Shown here one piece after another: positions 33,597 through 37,664 of a DNA stretch of 37,664 nt (positions within the stretch are counted from its first letter, which is position 1; each line of letters begins with the position of its first letter). The notes beneath the pieces were generated by a model that ran no database searches, was not told the DNA's origin, and saw only the letters and a program-made list of their open reading frames with translations. Both the position numbers and the translations under genes were made by a program. Source of the stretch: Thermoplasmatales archaeon SW_10_69_26 (GTDB taxonomy: Archaea; Thermoplasmatota; SW-10-69-26); NCBI GenBank assembly GCA_003009755.1, contig PXUB01000026.1, positions 1-37,664 of the forward strand. The letters are read 5' to 3'.

Positions 33597-34433
33597 TCAG
33601 CCGCGGCGCACGCGCAGTGCCCCGACGGCGCCCACGCTACCGATGGCCGCCATGGCGACCAGCGCCGGGTTCCCGAAGAACGGGATCGCCGTCACCTCGG
33701 CGGTGGGGCAGTCCTCGGCCTCGCCGGCCTCGTTGGCCGCTGTCACCTCGTAGGTGTACGTCGTCTCGGCCTCAGTTTCGGTATCCGTGAAGCTCGTATC
33801 GTTGGTCTCGGCCACGTGCAGCATCTCGCCGTCCTCGGTGGCACGGTAGACGTTGTACGTGCTCGCGTTGGCGGAGGCGTCCCAGCTCAGGCGGATGTTC
33901 TCGTTCTGCTGGGCTTGCGCCTCGAGGTTCTCCGGGCAGGCGGGAGGCTGGTTCCGCATCTGGTCGCCATCGCCCGAGCCATCGCACGTCTTGTAGTTCA
34001 CCTCATGGCTGGGCGGCCCGTGTTGTCCCTCTGCGTCGAACCGCAGGTAGATGAGGTAATTGTCACGTTCCTCGAGCGTGAACGGGCCCGCCTCGAAATC
34101 GTAGGTGCCGTTCTCGTTCTCCGTCCCGTTGAACGTGCCCACCGTGGTCACAGTGACAGTGGGTCCGGAACTGGTCGTGGCGTTGATCCACCCACTCTGA
34201 TGGGAGAGATTTTGACCCTTCACCCAGAACTCACAGTCCAGTTCCACCGGGTTCGTAGCCGTCGAGGTCCGGGGTTCTCCCTCTTCGCTATCGTGGAGCG
34301 TGAATCCCCCGTGATCCTCGGAGGACACGTGTGCCGCAGCTCCTCCCGCGAAGGCTCCGACCACCATCAAGCCAGCCAAGGCGAAGGAGATCCAGCGCTT
34401 GGCCCGTCGGATCGCCGTCTTGTTGGTGTCCAT
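33597..34433 (-). CDS. Secreted fibronectin type III domain protein with a C-terminal IPFF-TM-RR anchor
   Basis: GGTGA RBS; signal peptide; PACPENLEA...LSWDAS..ASTYNVYR...TSFTDT...YTYEVTAAN FN3 pattern; AIPFFGNPALVAMAAIGSVGAVGALRVRRG. Confidence 0.85.
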   Translation of the reverse strand: MDTNKTAIRRAKRWISFALAGLMVVGAFAGGAAAHVSSEDHGGFTLHDSEEGEPRTSTATNPVELDCEFWVKGQNLSHQSGWINATTSSGPTVTVTTVGTFNGTENENGTYDFEAGPFTLEERDNYLIYLRFDAEGQHGPPSHEVNYKTCDGSGDGDQMRNQPPACPENLEAQAQQNENIRLSWDASANASTYNVYRATEDGEMLHVAETNDTSFTDTETEAETTYTYEVTAANEAGEAEDCPTAEVTAIPFFGNPALVAMAAIGSVGAVGALRVRRG

Positions 34434-34593
34434 GTTGGTTCACCTGCACGCTGGCGTCCTCCAAGGGGGGTGATTAGGCGATTGAGGGACATTTGTGAGG
34501 ATACAGGGACGAACCGAGTGCCGACACAGCGAACCTCTCCCCCCGGGGCTTGGTCAAGAGGTGGCCGACGGCGGTCGGCGCAGGACCTGAGGA

Positions 34594-37567
34594 TTAGCCC
34601 CGCATGCTCACCACGTCCACGTGCAGGTTGCGGTCCTCGGTATCGGTGTAGGCATCGTTGGTGAAGCGGATCTCTACGTCGTGGCTGCCGGCCGCGACCG
34701 AGAGGGGTACGGTGTACTTGGTCCAGTAGTCGTGGTTCACGGTCCAGTTGGCGATGACGTTCCCGTTGACGTAGGCTTCCATGTAGGGCCATTGGCCGTT
34801 GGCGGGCTCGCCGCGGGCTATGACGCGGAGCTCGTTGGTGGCTTCGTCGACCGTGGCGGTGTCTTGGCAGGAGCCCTCGGTCCAGAGGTTCCAGTAGGTG
34901 TCGCTGGAGGCTTTGGAATCGGGTTCATCGTCGCCGACGTCGCAGGTCATGGCCTCGGCTTGTTCGACCCAGCGGACGATGTGGCGTTCGTCGAGGTAGG
35001 CTGCATCGAGGAGGAGATCGTTGTCCTCGCCGTTGTGGGCATGGTTGTTGGTGTAGCGGATCTCGAGGTTGTGGGCGCCTTCGGAGAGATCGACCTTGGT
35101 GGTGTAGGTTTTCCAGTCGGCGCTGTCGACCGTCCAGTTTTTGACGAGGTTGCCGTCGATCCAGGCTTCCATGGAGGGCCAATGGCTTCCGTCGATGGGG
35201 TCGCCGAGGGCGCGGATGCGAAGTCGGTGGGTGCCGTCGTTGTCGACGGTGAGGGGGGTTTGGCAGTAGCCGTCGTCTTGGAGGTTCCAGCGCGTGTCGT
35301 TGGAGGCTTTCTCGTCGTCGCCGGGGTTGCCGTCCGTGCACGCCATGGCTTCGGCTTGACCTCGCCAGATCTCGTGGAGGTGGCGGTCGATCTTGGTGAC
35401 GTCGATGTGGAGGTTGCGATCGTCCCCGCCGACGACGTTGTCGTTGGTGTACCGCAGCTCGAGCGTGTGGCCGCCGGCGGCGAGATCCACCGTGACACGG
35501 GGTCGGTGCCATGTGTCATTGGCGACGGTCCAATTGGCGACCTTTTCCCCGTCGATCCAGGCTTCCATGTAGGGCCACTCGTCCCCGTTGATTGGGTCCC
35601 CACGGGCCCAGACGTTGAGTTGGTGGGAGCCGGATTCGGAGACCGAGAACGAGATCGAGCAATCACCGTTTTGATCCAAGTTCCAATAGGCTCCGTTCGA
35701 GGCTTCCGAGTCTTCGCTCTCGCTGCCCACGCTGCAGGTCATGGCCTCCGCCTCGTCGTGGGAGAGGGGAACCCCGGCCTCGCTGACGTGTAGGGAGTCA
35801 ACGATCAGGTTCCGGTCTTCGCCGGTGTCGCTGTTGTAGTCGTCGTTGGTGAACCGGATCTCCCAGGTGACGTCGCCGTTCGACAGGTCGGCACGCGTGC
35901 TGTAGGCCTCGACGGTCCCGTCGTCGACGTCCCATTCGTCGACGAGTTCCCCGTTGGCGAACAGCTGCATGTGGGGCCGTTCCCCGTTGGCCTTCTCGCC
36001 TTCAGCGTGGATCGTGATTTCGCGTTCGCCGGGGATGGCGTTGGTCTCGGTTTGTCGGATCGAGCCGTTTTCCCACAGGCCCCAGGCCTCGTCGTAGCTG
36101 TATTCGTCGCCGGTGACGAGGCTGCCGACTTTTTTCGTGTCGAAATTTTCAGTTTGCGTGGCTTGGGGGAGGTCGGCTTCGCCGAGATGGAGGACGTCGA
36201 CGATCAGATTGCGGTCGTCGGTGTCGGTCTTATAGTTGTTGGTGAACTTGATCTCGAAGGTGACATCGCCCCCTGGTAGGTCAGCGCGCGTGCTGTAGGA
36301 TTCAACTTTGCCGTCGTAGACATCCCATTCGTCGATGAACGCACCATTGGCGTAGAGTTGCATGTGGGGGAGCTGGCCGTTGGCGGCTTGGCCTTCGGCC
36401 TTGATCGTGATGTCGTGAGGGCCGGGGTAGGGGTTGTGTTGGGTGTCTTGGATGGAGCCGTTCGTCCACAGCCCCCAGGCTTCATCGTGGCTGTACTGGT
36501 TTCCGGTTACCTTGCTGCCGACGTTGTGGGTTGTGAAATCCTCGGCTTGGGTGTCCTGGAGGTCGGGATCGCCGATGAAGACGATATCGACGAACAGGTC
36601 GCGGTTTTCGCCGGTGTTGTCGTTGTAGTAGTTGTTGGTGAAGCGGATCTCGAAGGTGATGTCGCCTTCGGGGAGGTCGACTTGGGTGTTGTAGGATTCG
36701 ATCTTCCCATCGTAGACATCCCACTCGTCGACGAGTTCCCCGTTGGCGAACAGTTGCATGTGCGGGAGCTCGTCGAGGGCTTGTTGGCCTTCGGCTTTGA
36801 TCGTGATGTTGCGGTCGCCGGGGTTGTGGTTGGTTTCGATGGTTTCGATCGAGCCGTTGGCGGCGATGTTCCATGCTTGGTCGCCGTTGTATTTCGTGTT
36901 GTCGACGAGGCGGCCGACGTGCTTGGTGTCGAAGTTCTCTGCTTGAATCGTTGAGTGCAGCGTGTCGGCTGTAGCTGTGTCTTCCTGGCGGAGCCAGTCT
37001 TGGACCTCGTAGAACCCGTCCTTCTTGTAGTCCATGTACTCGGAAGCGTAACCCCAGCAGCATTCCGCCGGGCCATGCCATTCGTTCTCGTTCCCGTCAT
37101 CGTTGAGGCTGCGGAAGATGAACCCCTGGAGGTCGTACTCTTCGTTGAAGGTGTCTGATTGGTAACGGAGTTCTGCAATTTCCTGGGCTTGTTCTTCCTC
37201 GTTCGTGTAATTGGAGCCTCCGCTTCCGTCGTCTCCCCAGGATGAGACGCCGAAGTCGTAGATGAAGGTCTGATCTGGATGGACGGGGTCGGGAAACTTG
37301 GTTTTCAGTTCGCTGAGGATGGTGTCGATGCGTTCGGCGGCGTCGGTGATTGGATAGCCCTGGTCACGGTAGGTTGACCATAGGAGTTGCGTGCCGAGGA
37401 TTTGGGATTTATTGACGGCGTCTTCGAATTTGGTCCAGTCACTGGTCCCCCACTCTCCGAAGCCGACGATCGTTTTCACGCCGTCGACGGCCCGGAATTT
37501 CTCGACCATGTCGACGAGGTAGGACTCAAATTCGTCCTCGTAGCTTGGGTCGGCGATTCCGTTCTTC
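34594..37567 (-). CDS. Glycoside hydrolase-like catalytic fragment followed by six CBM60-like (Ca-dependent carbohydrate-binding) repeats; 5' part missing or interrupted
   Basis: Six repeats of the type PxM...[ND]G...W.V...I[RK][FY]TN[ND]...DRNLxVD. The N-terminal part looks like a TIM-barrel C-terminal half. The frame is open past the annotated ATG 37509 with acidic protein-like sequence up to about 37567. Confidence 0.75.
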
Positions 37568-37664
37568 GCCCTCGCCCAAAACCCCAGACTGGCCTCTGAT
37601 CCGACTCGACCCAGTAGAAACTGATTCGAAGAATAAACGGCGGGTTCGGCGACTTTTGTTTTGA
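37568..37664. mobile_element. Possible IS terminal inverted repeat and IS end
   Basis: GCCCTCGCCCAAAACCC at 37568-37584 resembles IS5/IS1182-type termini as I recall them, and it coincides with an abrupt loss of acidic coding character. No transposase is visible in the window. Confidence 0.3.

Overview
High-GC (roughly 69% by eye) archaeal DNA with a strongly acidic proteome. It has TATA-like promoters about 25 nt upstream of several leaderless starts, and carries carS, DUF2070 and rpe. Together these point to a halophilic archaeon, plausibly a salt-adapted Thermoplasmatota rather than a Halobacterium (inference). Gene order: Lrp/AsnC regulator; small secreted protein; trxA; a hypothetical-rpe-CPBP protease operon; a divergent RHH-like/PadR regulator pair surrounded by repeated operator-like palindromes; a 1355-aa surface protein; a duplicated [structured RNA leader - TrmB regulator - secreted protein of an unrecognised family] module; Cys-rich and membrane hypotheticals; DUF2070; an archaeal type IV pilus-like operon with unusual domain additions; carS-pyrE-purD; a tandem USP; a K+ channel read in frame into a SAM methyltransferase; an FN3 surface protein; and a lower-GC glycoside-hydrolase-like gene with six CBM60-like repeats that may be cut by an IS end at the window edge. 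The most notable items are (1) the duplicated TrmB/secreted-protein module, whose two long, hairpin-rich leaders share a 13-nt motif; (2) two copies of a 168-bp MITE-like element with 9-10 bp target duplications and a foldable interior; (3) a Kv-type channel whose S4 gating arginines are gone; and (4) several small membrane ORFs missed by the ORF track. All family calls come from motif recognition by eye; no database searches were run.
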